A stretch of 64,000 nt of DNA from Escherichia coli (GTDB lineage Bacteria; Pseudomonadota; Gammaproteobacteria; Enterobacterales; Enterobacteriaceae), in assembly GCF_044324875.1 (NCBI RefSeq), contig NZ_CP172185.1. One strand, 5' to 3'. This document shows positions 12,353 to 23,678 of this stretch, piece by piece (position 1 is the first letter of the stretch; each line of letters begins with the position of its first letter). The translations under genes were made by a program, and so were the position numbers. The notes beneath the pieces were generated by a model, which did no database searches, was not told the origin of the DNA, and saw only the letters and a program-made list of their open reading frames with translations.

Positions 12353-13660
12353 GTGCATATGAGTCAGGGTATCAATAACGATATGACTGCCAGTAAACCG
12401 CGCCATATCGTCAAAAATCTGCGTTGGTGGATACTGGTCCTTTTTTTGCTCGGTGTTACTGTCAACTACATCACGCGTAACTCGCTGGGTATTCTCGCCC
12501 CCGAACTGAAAAGCAACCTGGGGATTACCACCGAACAATATTCCTGGATTGTAGGTGCTTTCCAGCTCGCCTATACCCTATTCCAACCGTTGTGTGGATG
12601 GCTGATTGACGTCATTGGCCTCAAACTGGGCTTTATGATCTGCGCGGGACTGTGGGCGCTGGCCTGTCTGATGCATGCGGGGGCGGGAAACTGGGTACAT
12701 CTGGCGCTGTTGCGCTTCTTTATGGGCGGTGCGGAAGCCGCGGCAACCCCAGCAAACGCCAAAACCATCGGTGAATGGTTTCCAAAATCAGAACGCCCGA
12801 TCGCCGCAGGCTGGGCAGGCGTCGGTTTTTCCATCGGTGCCATGCTGGCCCCACCGATTATCTATTTTGCCCACGCTTCATTCGGCTGGCAGGGTGCATT
12901 TATGTTCACTGGCATCCTGGCGATGCTGTGGGTGGTGCTGTGGTGGGCGTTCTATCACAACCCGGATAAGCATCCTAACCTCAGCAAAGCCGAGCTGGAC
13001 TTTATCCGCCAGGATAACGAAGCGCCCCCTGTCAAGTTACCCTTTCTGACCGCACTGAAAACCGTAGGCAAAAATAAACGCTTTTACGGTATCGCTATCC
13101 CGGCCTTTATGGCAGAACCGGCGTGGGCGGTGATGAGTTTCTGGGTTCCGCTATACCTGTCCAAAACCTATGGCATGGACCTGAAGCAGATCGCATTATT
13201 CGCCTGGTTGCCGTTCCTCGCCGCTGATCTTGGCAGTATTGCCAGCGGCTATCTGACCAAACTTTACACCCGCCTGTTTGGGCTGAGTCGTGTGAACTCC
13301 GTTGTCGCATCATCGGTCAGTGGCGCATTCCTGATGGTTTCGCTGGCGGTGATGGCCTTTACCAATAACCCGTATATCGCCATCGTCCTTATTTCCATCG
13401 GCGGCTTCGGTCACCAGATCATCTCCTGCATGCTGAGCGCACTGGTGGTGGAATCCTTCGACAAAGGTCAGATGGCCACTGTTAACGGCATGCGCGGTTC
13501 TGCCGCGTGGATCGCAAGTTTCCTGTTCTCCCTGATTATCGGGGTTACCGCTGACAAAATCGGCTTTAACCCCCTGTTTATCGCCATGGGCTTCTTTGAC
13601 CTGATTGGTGCTTTCTTCCTGGTCACCTTTATTGCTGAACGTCGCGCAAAACGCGCCTGA
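12353..13660 (+). CDS. MFS transporter, anion:cation symporter (ExuT/DgoT-like) type
   Basis: 435-aa ORF with about 12 hydrophobic segments and MFS-type loop motifs; immediately upstream of a GH31 gene. Confidence 0.8.
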   Translation: MHMSQGINNDMTASKPRHIVKNLRWWILVLFLLGVTVNYITRNSLGILAPELKSNLGITTEQYSWIVGAFQLAYTLFQPLCGWLIDVIGLKLGFMICAGLWALACLMHAGAGNWVHLALLRFFMGGAEAAATPANAKTIGEWFPKSERPIAAGWAGVGFSIGAMLAPPIIYFAHASFGWQGAFMFTGILAMLWVVLWWAFYHNPDKHPNLSKAELDFIRQDNEAPPVKLPFLTALKTVGKNKRFYGIAIPAFMAEPAWAVMSFWVPLYLSKTYGMDLKQIALFAWLPFLAADLGSIASGYLTKLYTRLFGLSRVNSVVASSVSGAFLMVSLAVMAFTNNPYIAIVLISIGGFGHQIISCMLSALVVESFDKGQMATVNGMRGSAAWIASFLFSLIIGVTADKIGFNPLFIAMGFFDLIGAFFLVTFIAERRAKRA

Positions 13661-13662
13661 GA

Positions 13663-16038
13663 GTGGATGTAAACATGAAAACGCTGAAAAACTGGACCCT
13701 GCACAAACAGTCTGCCCACCACGTTGAACTGCTGGTCGATGGCCAGCATATCCTGTGCCTGTACGTGCTGGAAGAAAATCTGTTCCGCGTGCTGTTAAAA
13801 CGCAAAGGCGAGCTGGCGCTGGATCGCACCTGGAGCATTGCTCCGGCGCAGGATGTGCCATGGGAAGGGCGCAGCCGCGAAGATCTCAGCGGCTTTAGCC
13901 TGCCCGCGTGGACATTGATCCAGCACGACGACACCGTGGTTATCGCCACCGAGTCACTGCGTGCCACCGTTCACCAGCCGCTGTGGCTGGAGTGGCACTA
14001 TCGTAACAACGAAGGCGAATGGCTGCCGTTGGTGAATGACCGCCCGACCAGCGCTTATCTGCTGAATGCCCACGGCGACGGCGTGGCGCACTATCAGAGC
14101 CGTCGTAAAGATGAACGCTTTTATGGCCTCGGAGATAAAGCCGGCGACCTGCAACGCAACGGTAAACGTTACGAGATGCGTAACCTCGACGCGATGGGCT
14201 ACAACGCCGTTAGTACTGACCCGTTGTACAAACACATTCCATTCACCATCACCCGCCGCGATGACATTAGCTTCGGCCTGTTTTATGACAACCTCAGCAG
14301 CTGCTGGCTGGATCTGGGCAACGAGATCGACAACTACCACACCGCCTATCGCCGCTGGCAGGCGGAAGCGGGTGATATCGACTACTACCTGTTTACCGGC
14401 GAACGCGTACTTGATATCACCAAAGCCTTCGTACGCCTGACCGGCAAAACCCTGTTCGGACCGAAATGGAGCCTGGGCTACAGCGGTTCAACTATGCACT
14501 ACACCGATGCGCCGGACGCACAAAATCAGTTGATGAACTTTATCCGCCTGTGTGAAGAACATGCGATTCCCTGCGATTCGTTCCAGCTCTCTTCCGGTTA
14601 TACCTCAATTAACGGCAAGCGCTATGTGTTCAACTGGAATTACGACAAAGTGCCGCAGCCGAAAGTGATGAGCCAGGCATTTCACAATGCTGGTTTGCAC
14701 CTGGCCGCCAATATCAAGCCGTGCCTGTTGCAGGATCACCCACGCTATAACGAAGTGGCAGAAAGAGGACTGTTCATCCGTGATTCAGAAACAGATGAAC
14801 CAGAACGTTCCAGCTTCTGGGATGACGAAGGTTCTAACCTCGACTTTACTAATCCGCAGACCATCCAGTGGTGGCAGGAAGGCGTGACCACACAGCTTCT
14901 GGAGATGGGTATCGACTCCACCTGGAACGACAACAACGAATTCGAAGTATGGGACGGTGAAGCACGCTGTCACGGCTTTGGTCAGACGATCGCGATCAAA
15001 CATATTCGCCCGGTGATGCCACTGCTGATGATGCGAGCCTCGATGGAAGCCCAGCAACGTTTCGCTCCGGAAAAACGTCCGTACTTGATCTCCCGCTCCG
15101 GCTGCGCGGTAATGCAGCGCTATGTGCAGACCTGGAGCGGCGATAACCGCACTAGCTGGGACACTCTGCGCTACAACACCCGCATGGGTCTGGGGATGAG
15201 CCTCTCCGGGCTGTATAACCTCGGTCACGACGTCGGCGGTTTCTCCGGTGATAAGCCGGACCCGGAACTGTTTGTACGCTGGGTACAAAACGGCGTGATG
15301 CATCCGCGCTTTACGATTCACTCGTGGAACGATGACCATACCGTAAACGAACCGTGGATGTATCCGGGCGTCACTCCGGCGATCCGCAGCGCTATTGAGT
15401 TGCGCTATCGCCTGCTGCCCTACTTTTATACCCTGATGTGGCAGGCATACGCCGATGATGAACCAATGCTGCGTCCGACTTTCCTTGACCACGAGCACGA
15501 CGTTCAGACTTTTGAAGAGTGTGATGACTTCCTGCTTGGTCGCGATATTTTGGTTGCCAGCGTCGTAGAGCAAGGCGAGCGCCAGCGCCGTGTATGGCTG
15601 CCAGATAACGAAACTGGCTGGTACGATTTCTACAACGGCGAATGGTTCAGTGGCGGTCAGTGGATCACCCTCGACGCACCGCTGGAGAAACTGCCGCTGA
15701 TGGTGCGTGCCGGGGCTGGTCTACCGCTCAGCAAACGCATCACCTATGTGAGCGCAGAACAAGACGATACCCGCGAACTGAAACTGTTCCCGCTGAAAGG
15801 TGTGGGCACAACGTCCGGCCTGCTGTTTGAAGACGATGGCGAAAGCTGGGGCTACCAAACTGGTAATGCGCTTTGGGTGGAATGGGAAATGGTTTGCGAT
15901 GGGGCGACCATCAACCTGAAAGTCAACGCGCGCGGGGATTATCGACCTGCATGGAGTGCACTGAAAGTGTCATTACCAGTGGAAGAAAAACGCACGCTGC
16001 TGGTCAATGGTGTTGAAGGGAGTGAATGGATGCGTTAA
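13663..16038 (+). CDS. Glycoside hydrolase family 31 (alpha-glucosidase / alpha-xylosidase-like)
   Basis: 791-aa ORF with GH31-like catalytic motifs WNDNNEF and HDVGGFSG. Confidence 0.8.
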   Translation: MDVNMKTLKNWTLHKQSAHHVELLVDGQHILCLYVLEENLFRVLLKRKGELALDRTWSIAPAQDVPWEGRSREDLSGFSLPAWTLIQHDDTVVIATESLRATVHQPLWLEWHYRNNEGEWLPLVNDRPTSAYLLNAHGDGVAHYQSRRKDERFYGLGDKAGDLQRNGKRYEMRNLDAMGYNAVSTDPLYKHIPFTITRRDDISFGLFYDNLSSCWLDLGNEIDNYHTAYRRWQAEAGDIDYYLFTGERVLDITKAFVRLTGKTLFGPKWSLGYSGSTMHYTDAPDAQNQLMNFIRLCEEHAIPCDSFQLSSGYTSINGKRYVFNWNYDKVPQPKVMSQAFHNAGLHLAANIKPCLLQDHPRYNEVAERGLFIRDSETDEPERSSFWDDEGSNLDFTNPQTIQWWQEGVTTQLLEMGIDSTWNDNNEFEVWDGEARCHGFGQTIAIKHIRPVMPLLMMRASMEAQQRFAPEKRPYLISRSGCAVMQRYVQTWSGDNRTSWDTLRYNTRMGLGMSLSGLYNLGHDVGGFSGDKPDPELFVRWVQNGVMHPRFTIHSWNDDHTVNEPWMYPGVTPAIRSAIELRYRLLPYFYTLMWQAYADDEPMLRPTFLDHEHDVQTFEECDDFLLGRDILVASVVEQGERQRRVWLPDNETGWYDFYNGEWFSGGQWITLDAPLEKLPLMVRAGAGLPLSKRITYVSAEQDDTRELKLFPLKGVGTTSGLLFEDDGESWGYQTGNALWVEWEMVCDGATINLKVNARGDYRPAWSALKVSLPVEEKRTLLVNGVEGSEWMR

Positions 16039-16217
16039 ATCATTACCGGGGCCGGGAGGCGACTGCGCCTTACCCGGTCCAGCCATCGAATCCTTTACCT
16101 CAGTATTTCACGCTGCAGGAAGGCAGCAAACCTGTAAACCCCGGGAGCTTAAATAAGTAAGTGACCGGGGTGAACAGGTGAAGCCAATGCATCTGCCGCA
16201 TGAAAGACGGCGGGAAA

Positions 16218-17813
16218 TTAACCGTCGATCCCTTTACTACGCAGATAATCTTCGTAATTACCGCTAAAGTCGATCACGCGTTCCGGGGTGATTTCCAGAA
16301 TACGGGTCGCCAGGGAGCTTACGAACTCACGGTCGTGTGAAACAAAGATCAGCGTGCCCTGATACAGTTCCAGCGCCATGTTCAGCGACTCAATAGATTC
16401 CATATCCAGGTGGTTGGTCGGTTCGTCCATGATCAGAATGTTCGGCTTCTGCATCATTAATTTACCAAACAGCATCCGCCCTTTTTCTCCACCGGAAAGC
16501 ACTTTCGCTGGCTTTTTGATGTCGTCCTGGCTAAACAGCAAACGACCGAGAATGCTGCGTACCGCCTGCTCGTCATCGCCTTCCTGCTTCCACTGGCTCA
16601 TCCATTCGAACACGGTCAGATCATTTTCGAACTCATATTCATGGTCCTGGGCGTAGTAACCAATGCGTGCGTTTTCAGACCATTTTACGGTGCCGCTGTC
16701 CGGTTGCAGATCGCCCACCAGCGTTTTCAGCAGCGTTGATTTACCGACGCCGTTGGTACCCAGTACCGCCAGTTTTTCACCGACCTCCAGCAGCAGGTTG
16801 AGATTTTTAAACAGCGGACCGTTATCAAACCCTTTGGTCAGACCTTCCACTTCCAGCGCGTTACGGAACAGTTTCTTATCCTGTTCAAAACGGATGAACG
16901 GGTTCTGACGGCTGGAGGCTTTCACCTCTTCCAGTTTGATTTTATCAATCTGGCACGCGCGCGAAGTTGCCTGGCGAGATTTCGAGGCGTTGGCACTAAA
17001 GCGGCTAACGAAAGATTGCAGCTCAGCAATCTGCGCTTTCTTCTTGGCGTTATCAGCCAGCAGACGCTCACGCGCCTGGGTCGCCGCCGTCATGTACTCA
17101 TCGTAGTTACCTGGATAAACGCGCAGCTCGCCGTAATCCAGATCAGCCATGTGGGTACAAACCATGTTAAGGAAGTGACGGTCGTGCGAGATGATGATCA
17201 TGGTGCTGTCACGCTCGTTCAGCACCTGTTCCAGCCAACGAATGGTGTCGATGTCGAGGTTGTTGGTCGGTTCGTCGAGCAGGAGAATGTCCGGATCAGC
17301 AAACAGCGCCTGCGCCAGCAGCACACGCAGCTTCCAGCCAGGAGCAACTTCACTCATCGGGCCGTAGTGCTGTTCCACTGGAATTCCCACGCCAAGCAAC
17401 AGTTCACCGGCGCGAGCTTCCGCAGAGTAACCGTCCATTTCGCCGTATTTCACTTCCAGATCGGCCACTTTATAGCCGTCTTCTTCACTCATTTCCGGCA
17501 AAGCATAGATGCGGTCACGCTCCTGTTTCACTTCCCACAACTCTTTATGCCCCATGATCACCGTATCCAACACAGTGAACTCTTCAAAGGCAAACTGATC
17601 CTGACGCAGCTTACCAATGCGCTCGTTGGGATCGAGGGAAACGTTACCCAACGTCGGCTCTAAGTCGCCGCCGAGGATCTTCATAAAGGTGGATTTACCA
17701 CTACCGTTCGCGCCAATCAGGCCGTAACGGTTGCCGCCGCCAAATTTGACGGAAATGTTTTCAAACAACGGCTTACTGCCGAACTGCATGGTGACGTTAC
17801 TGGAAACTAACAC
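16218..17813 (-). CDS. ybiT: ABC-F family ATPase (two nucleotide-binding domains, no transmembrane domain)
   Basis: 531-aa ORF with two Walker A motifs ([18 protein letters not shown]) and two LSGG signatures. Confidence 0.9.
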   Translation of the reverse strand: MLVSSNVTMQFGSKPLFENISVKFGGGNRYGLIGANGSGKSTFMKILGGDLEPTLGNVSLDPNERIGKLRQDQFAFEEFTVLDTVIMGHKELWEVKQERDRIYALPEMSEEDGYKVADLEVKYGEMDGYSAEARAGELLLGVGIPVEQHYGPMSEVAPGWKLRVLLAQALFADPDILLLDEPTNNLDIDTIRWLEQVLNERDSTMIIISHDRHFLNMVCTHMADLDYGELRVYPGNYDEYMTAATQARERLLADNAKKKAQIAELQSFVSRFSANASKSRQATSRACQIDKIKLEEVKASSRQNPFIRFEQDKKLFRNALEVEGLTKGFDNGPLFKNLNLLLEVGEKLAVLGTNGVGKSTLLKTLVGDLQPDSGTVKWSENARIGYYAQDHEYEFENDLTVFEWMSQWKQEGDDEQAVRSILGRLLFSQDDIKKPAKVLSGGEKGRMLFGKLMMQKPNILIMDEPTNHLDMESIESLNMALELYQGTLIFVSHDREFVSSLATRILEITPERVIDFSGNYEDYLRSKGIDG

Positions 17814-18031
17814 AGGCGTATCCTGAAAAGAGATATGACAAACCGCGCATTATGCCATAAGTCTGAAAGAAGATCCTGCTCCTCGCTTAAGGTCTACACT
17901 CAAGCCAAAGGCAAAAAATGTGATTTCGTACACATCTGATTTCACTGTGAGCTGGAATGAACTTATAATGCGCTTCCAATACTCTAATATTCTCAACCCA
18001 ATGGCCTGCCAGGCACAAAATCTCGCTTAAC

Positions 18032-18952
18032 ATGAATATGAAATTGAAAACATTATTCGCAGCGGCCTTCGCTGTTGTCGGCTTTTGCAGTACCGCCTCT
18101 GCGGTAACTTATCCTCTGCCAACCGACGGGAGTCGCCTGGTTGGTCAGAATCAGGTGATCACCATTCCTGAAGGTAACACTCAGCCGCTGGAGTATTTTG
18201 CCGCCGAGTACCAGATGGGGCTTTCCAATATGATGGAAGCGAACCCGGGTGTGGATACCTTCCTGCCGAAAGGCGGTACTGTACTGAACATTCCGCAGCA
18301 GCTGATCCTGCCGGATACCGTTCATGAAGGCATCGTCATTAACAGTGCAGAGATGCGTCTGTATTACTATCCGAAAGGGACCAACACCGTTATCGTGCTG
18401 CCGATCGGCATTGGTCAGTTAGGCAAAGACACGCCTATCAACTGGACCACCAAAGTTGAGCGTAAAAAAGCAGGCCCGACCTGGACGCCGACCGCCAAAA
18501 TGCACGCAGAGTACCGCGCTGCGGGCGAACCGCTTCCGGCTGTCGTTCCGGCAGGTCCGGATAACCCGATGGGTCTGTATGCACTCTACATCGGTCGCCT
18601 GTATGCTATCCATGGCACCAACGCCAACTTCGGTATCGGCCTGCGTGTAAGTCATGGTTGTGTGCGTCTGCGTAACGAAGACATCAAATTCCTGTTCGAG
18701 AAAGTACCGGTCGGTACCCGCGTACAGTTTATTGATGAGCCGGTAAAAGCGACCACCGAGCCAGACGGCAGCCGTTATATTGAAGTCCATAATCCGCTGT
18801 CTACCACCGAAGCCCAGTTTGAAGGTCAGGAAATTGTGCCAATTACCCTGACGAAGAGCGTGCAGACAGTGACCGGTCAGCCAGATGTTGACCAGGTTGT
18901 TCTTGATGAAGCGATCAAAAATCGTTCCGGGATGCCGGTTCGTCTGAATTAA
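18032..18952 (+). CDS. ldtB: L,D-transpeptidase (YkuD domain) LdtB/YbiS
   Basis: 306-aa ORF with signal peptide and catalytic HGC motif in [16 protein letters not shown]. Confidence 0.9.
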
Positions 18953-18969
18953 TCGTCAAAACGTTAAAC

Positions 18970-19000
18970 AAAGGCGGACTCATCATCCGCCTTTTTTATT
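18970..19000. terminator. Rho-independent terminator between convergent ldtB and ybiR
   Basis: GC-rich hairpin GGCGGACTCATCATCCGCC followed by a T-run. Confidence 0.7.
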
Positions 19001-19010
19001 TGGCCAGACC

Positions 19011-20129
19011 TTAGTTAGCCGGGAGCATAACGAATAAAACGTATCCCACCAGCGCCGCCCACAACAGCATCGGTATCGAATAAAGATGAAAACGCCACCA
19101 GATACGGCGATCGTTCGCCATCCGTAGCGCAATCAAATTTGCCAGCGATCCGGGTAATAAACCAAAGCCCCCCACGTTTACCGCCCATGCCAGCAGCAAC
19201 GACGGTGGCACATAGTTCAGCAACAATATGGTACTCGGCACGTTACTGATCACCTGCGATAAACCGATTGCCGTTAACCATAATCCGGGTTCGGATAAAT
19301 GACTCACGTTACTTAACCCCCCCTGCAAAGCTGGCAGTTGGGTTAGTAAATGGACGTCGATAAACATCGCCATAAACACCAGCAGCAGCGTCCAGTCCAC
19401 ACTCAACACCACGCGACGTGCCAGCAGCGCAAAGCCCGCCGCCACAATCACCAGTCCCCACAGCTCTTGTTTTAACTCCAGCGCCGTCAGAAAGACGATA
19501 TACAGCCCCAGACAACTCCACACCAGCCGCGGTTTCCACTCCGGAGTTTGCACCCCCGTATGGTATTGCAGTGCCTTTCCAGGGAAACAACACCAGCACA
19601 GGAGCAGGAGCGTCAGCATCATTGCGCCAGCCAGTGGTGCCATTTGGGCAATAAATCCGGCAAACGAAAGATCAGAACGTCCCCAGATAAGAATATTTTG
19701 CGGGTTGCCAATTGGCGTCAGTAGCGAACCAGCGTTGACTGCCAGCGCTTCAAAAATAATCAGCCGATTAACCGGGATCTCACACAGTCTTTTTAGCGTG
19801 ATAGTCAGCGGAACAACAATAAACAGCGCGACATCGTTGGTCAGAAAGGTAGAAAGCAGCGCCGCCGCCAGCACCATAAACATCGCCAGCCGACGCTCCG
19901 TAGCAAAGCGGCGCACCATTTTGCGCCCCAGCACATCAAAATAACCGCTTAACTCCACACCTTTGGTCAGCAGCATCAGGCCGCTTAAGGTGATGATGGT
20001 GTGCCAGTCGATAGCAGCAGGCCAGGATTTCGGTGCAAAAGGCACGAAAAAGCTTAATCCGATACCAACAAGAATTAATAACTGAAAAAAACGATCACCT
20101 TGCAGCGTGCGTAAAAAAGGCAGGCTCAT
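19011..20129 (-). CDS. ybiR: Inner-membrane transporter YbiR (ArsB/NhaD-like permease)
   Basis: 372-aa polytopic membrane ORF; overlaps the mntR stop, consistent with an mntR-ybiR operon. Confidence 0.85.
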
Positions 20130-20593
20130 TTGGCACCGTGTTTCTGGGTAAACAAACGAAAGGCATCCAGCGTCTCTTCACTAACATGGTGCTCCATGCC
20201 TTCCGCGTCGCGACGGGCGATTTCCGGACTGACGCCCAACACCAACAAGAAATTTTCGACTATCTGATGTCGCTCGCGGCTTTCCTGCGCCAGTTTCTCT
20301 CCTTCTGCCGTTAAAAACACGCCACGCCAGGGGATCATTTCAATCAGCCCCATGGTTGCCAGCCGCTTAAGCATTTTCGCCACTGTCGGTTGCGAAACCC
20401 CCAGACGAGCAGCCATGTCCACCTGACGAGCTTCCCCCACTTCCCTGATCAAGTCAGAAATCAGCTCAACGTAATCATCAATAAGCTCGCGCCGATGCGC
20501 CTCTCTGACCTGGCGGAACCCTTCAACGTGCTCTTCCACGTTCACTAACTGCGTCACTTTTTTTGCTGTTGGCGTACCTGCGCGACGACTCAT
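20126..20593 (-). CDS. mntR: Manganese-responsive transcriptional regulator MntR (DtxR family)
   Basis: 155-aa ORF with a DtxR-type HTH ([14 protein letters not shown]). Confidence 0.9.
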
Positions 20594-20703
20594 TGTGCTT
20601 CCTCATTATGGTGACGCATACCTAGCGTTCTCATTTCGTGCGCACATTGTAAACCAGAGTTGCGAAGGTACAAAAAATTAACGTTTTAGCAATAGCTATA
20701 TAA

Positions 20704-20719
20704 TATAGCCTGTGCTATA
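20704..20719. promoter_or_regulatory. Putative MntR operator upstream of mntS
   Basis: Palindrome TATAGC-CTGT-GCTATA, resembling the MntR box at the sitA promoter in this window (38521-38558). Confidence 0.5.
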
Positions 20720-20778
20720 TCTGTATGTAATGCAATCATCCCTCAAGGATCGACGGGATTAGCAAGTCAGGAGGTCTT

Positions 20779-20907
20779 ATGAATGAGTTCAAGAGGTGTA
20801 TGCGCGTGTTTAGTCATTCTCCCTTTAAAGTACGGTTAATGCTGCTCTCTATGTTGTGCGATATGGTCAACAACAAACCGCAGCAAGATAAACCTTCCGA
20901 TAAATAG
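20779..20907 (+). CDS. mntS: Small protein MntS (42 aa), manganese homeostasis
   Basis: 42-codon ORF MNEFKRCMRVFSHSPFKVRLMLLSMLCDMVNNKPQQDKPSDK with an RBS (GGAGG) 6 nt upstream; not in the ORF track because it is short. Confidence 0.85.
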   Translation: MNEFKRCMRVFSHSPFKVRLMLLSMLCDMVNNKPQQDKPSDK

Positions 20908-21178
20908 CGGCGTCGCGGTACGCCGCTTCACTCCTGCTTTTATGCAGGCACAACGCGTTTTGGTCTGAAAAACCCCACTTTTTGTCGGATTTGCAATCCC
21001 CTTCGCAAAAGATTTGTTCGTCAGTAGTTGACCTGAACGGCGGCTCGCTCTATCTTCTTGCAGCCCTGCGTATATTGCGGCTCGCGGATGCGGACCCCTT
21101 TCCCCTCTTCACGCACTCTTGCAGGTATTGACCCTTGACGCCAGGGTAAGCACATGGCGTTTGTTACGATAGTGGCAT

Positions 21179-22762
21179 ATGAATTTAACCCTCAAAGAAT
21201 CGCTTGTTACCCGTAGCCGGGTATTTAGCCCGTGGACTGCGTTCTACTTTTTACAGTCGCTATTAATTAACCTCGGCTTAGGTTATCCCTTCAGTTTGCT
21301 CTACACCGCTGCGTTTACGGCTATGTTGCTTTTGCTATGGCGAACATTGCCTCGCGTACAAAAAGTTCTGGTCGGTGTCAGTTCGCTGGTGGCGGCTTGT
21401 TATTTCCCTTTTGCTCAGGCCTACGGCGCGCCTAATTTCAATACATTGCTGGCATTGCACTCCACCAATATGGAAGAGTCGACCGAAATCCTGACGATTT
21501 TTCCGTGGTACAGCTACCTGGTCGGCTTATTTATTTTTGCGCTCGGCTTAATAGCAATCAGGCGAAAAAAAGAGAATGAAAAAGCGCGCTGGAATACCTT
21601 CGACAGCCTGTATCTGGTATTCAGTGTGGCGACATTTTTTGTTGCTCCCGTGCAAAACCTGGCCTGGGGCGGCGTATTTAAACTGAAAGATACTGGCTAT
21701 CCGGTATTTCGTTTTGCTAAGGATGTCATCGTCAATAATAACGAGGTGATTGAAGAGCAAGAACGGATGGCAAAACTTTCCGGAATGAAAGATACCTGGA
21801 CGGTCACTGCCGTTAAGCCGAAGTATCAGACCTATGTGGTGGTGATCGGTGAAAGCGCGCGTCGCGATGCCCTCGGTGCCTTTGGCGGTCACTGGGACAA
21901 TACCCCGTTTGCCAGCAGCGTTAACGGTTTGATATTTGCTGACTACATTGCCGCCAGTGGCTCCACGCAGAAATCGCTTGGCTTAACGCTCAATCGCGTT
22001 GTCGATGGCAAACCACAGTTTCAGGATAACTTTGTCACCCTGGCAAATCGCGCGGGCTTCCAGACCTGGTGGTTTTCCAACCAGGGCCAAATCGGCGAAT
22101 ACGATACCGCCATCGCCAGCATCGCCAAACGTGCAGATGAAGTGTACTTCCTGAAAGAAGGTAATTTTGAAGCAGATAAAAACACGAAAGACGAAGCGTT
22201 ACTGGATATGACCGCTCAAGTGCTGGCGCAAGAGCACTCGCAACCGCAGCTGATTGTTTTACATCTGATGGGCTCACATCCGCAGGCCTGCGACCGGACA
22301 CAAGGCAAATACGAAACCTTTGTGCAATCGAAAGAAACGTCGTGCTATCTCTATACCATGACGCAAACAGACGATTTACTGCGTAAGCTGTACGATCAGT
22401 TACGCAACAGCGGCAGTAGCTTCTCGCTGGTTTACTTTTCTGACCACGGTCTGGCCTTTAAAGAGCGTGGCAAAGACGTGCAATACCTTGCCCATGATGA
22501 TAAGTATCAGCAAAATTTCCAGGTGCCTTTTATGGTCATTTCCAGCGACGATAAAGCGCATCGGGTGATTAAAGCCCGCCGCTCAGCCAATGACTTCTTA
22601 GGTTTTTTCTCCCAGTGGACGGGAATTAAAGCGAAGGAAATTAACATCAAATACCCGTTTATGTCTGAGAAGAAAGCCGGGCCGATATACATCACCAACT
22701 TCCAGTTACAGAAGGTAGATTACAACCATCTCGGAACCGATATTTTCGACCCGAAACCTTAA
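21179..22762 (+). CDS. opgE: Phosphoethanolamine transferase for osmoregulated periplasmic glucans OpgE (YbiP)
   Basis: 527-aa ORF with N-terminal transmembrane segments and a sulfatase-like periplasmic domain. Confidence 0.88.
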   Translation: MNLTLKESLVTRSRVFSPWTAFYFLQSLLINLGLGYPFSLLYTAAFTAMLLLLWRTLPRVQKVLVGVSSLVAACYFPFAQAYGAPNFNTLLALHSTNMEESTEILTIFPWYSYLVGLFIFALGLIAIRRKKENEKARWNTFDSLYLVFSVATFFVAPVQNLAWGGVFKLKDTGYPVFRFAKDVIVNNNEVIEEQERMAKLSGMKDTWTVTAVKPKYQTYVVVIGESARRDALGAFGGHWDNTPFASSVNGLIFADYIAASGSTQKSLGLTLNRVVDGKPQFQDNFVTLANRAGFQTWWFSNQGQIGEYDTAIASIAKRADEVYFLKEGNFEADKNTKDEALLDMTAQVLAQEHSQPQLIVLHLMGSHPQACDRTQGKYETFVQSKETSCYLYTMTQTDDLLRKLYDQLRNSGSSFSLVYFSDHGLAFKERGKDVQYLAHDDKYQQNFQVPFMVISSDDKAHRVIKARRSANDFLGFFSQWTGIKAKEINIKYPFMSEKKAGPIYITNFQLQKVDYNHLGTDIFDPKP

Positions 22763-22769
22763 AAACAAA

Positions 22770-22797
22770 AATCCGCCCCGAGAGGCGGATTTTTTAT
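22770..22797. terminator. Bidirectional rho-independent terminator between opgE and ompX
   Basis: Hairpin ATCCGCC-CCGAGA-GGCGGAT followed by TTTTTT. Confidence 0.75.
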
Positions 22798-22810
22798 ATC
22801 ACCGAAGTGA

Positions 22811-23326
22811 TTAGAAGCGGTAACCAACACCGGCAATCCAGGTGCCTACGTCAACGCTACGAATACGGCTCTGCTCGTAAGAGAAGTCCAGAGCAACGTT
22901 TTCCATCGGGTTGAACTGCAGACCAGCACCGTAGGAGAAACCGTAGTCGCTGGTGTCGTGTTTGTAGGTCGGGTATTCAGTGGTCTGGAATTTACCATAA
23001 CCCACACCCACTACACCGTAGATGCTTGCCCAGTCGTTAATGCGGTAAGCCGGACCAGCAGTGATGCCGTAGTACTGGTTTTTGTTGTAGTCACCAGAGC
23101 TTGCAGTACGGCTTTTCTCGGTGTAAGTGAAAGAACCGATCACACCCAGCGGGCTGTTGTCTTCTTCATAGCGGTATTTCAGGTTGAAACCGCCCATTTT
23201 GTTCATTTGGCCCTGAGCGTCGCTCTGTGCGTAACCGCCAGTTACGGTAGAAGTTGCAGCTACGGAAGTACCTGCGGTGAAAGCCAGAACTGCGGCCAGT
23301 GCTGAAAGACATGCAATTTTTTTCAT
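22811..23326 (-). CDS. ompX: Outer membrane protein X (8-stranded beta-barrel)
   Basis: Start set at MKKIACLSALAAVLAFTAGTSVA signal peptide, ends with aromatic GVGYRF; 171 aa. Confidence 0.92.
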   Translation of the reverse strand: MKKIACLSALAAVLAFTAGTSVAATSTVTGGYAQSDAQGQMNKMGGFNLKYRYEEDNSPLGVIGSFTYTEKSRTASSGDYNKNQYYGITAGPAYRINDWASIYGVVGVGYGKFQTTEYPTYKHDTSDYGFSYGAGLQFNPMENVALDFSYEQSRIRSVDVGTWIAGVGYRF

Positions 23327-23678
23327 AACCACCTCAAATGTGATTCAAATAAGTCCTAAGTTTTAAATATATCAAAAATTAATGGGAAACTCTTCGCGAT
23401 TTGTGATGTCTAACGGGCCATTTCATGTAACAGAACGTTTCCATACACCGCTATCCATCTAAATTTAAATCACTTTTTCAGAGAACTGCGTAAGTATTAC
23501 GCATGTTTTCCCTGTCATTCATCCAGATTATTCCTAATCACCAGACTAATGATTCCATCAATCCTGGCGCATTTTAGTCAAAACGGGGGAAAATTTTTTC
23601 AACAAATGCTCAACCAGCATTGGGTATATCCAGTACACTCCACGCTTTACTTAGGTTTAGATATTTGTGGGAGAAAGG

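Noticed and set aside
14785-15573. 262-aa minus-strand ORF inside the GH31 gene, and the 215-aa plus-strand ORF at 17016-17663 inside ybiT
   Set aside because: Both lie fully within strongly supported genes on the opposite strand and lack start context
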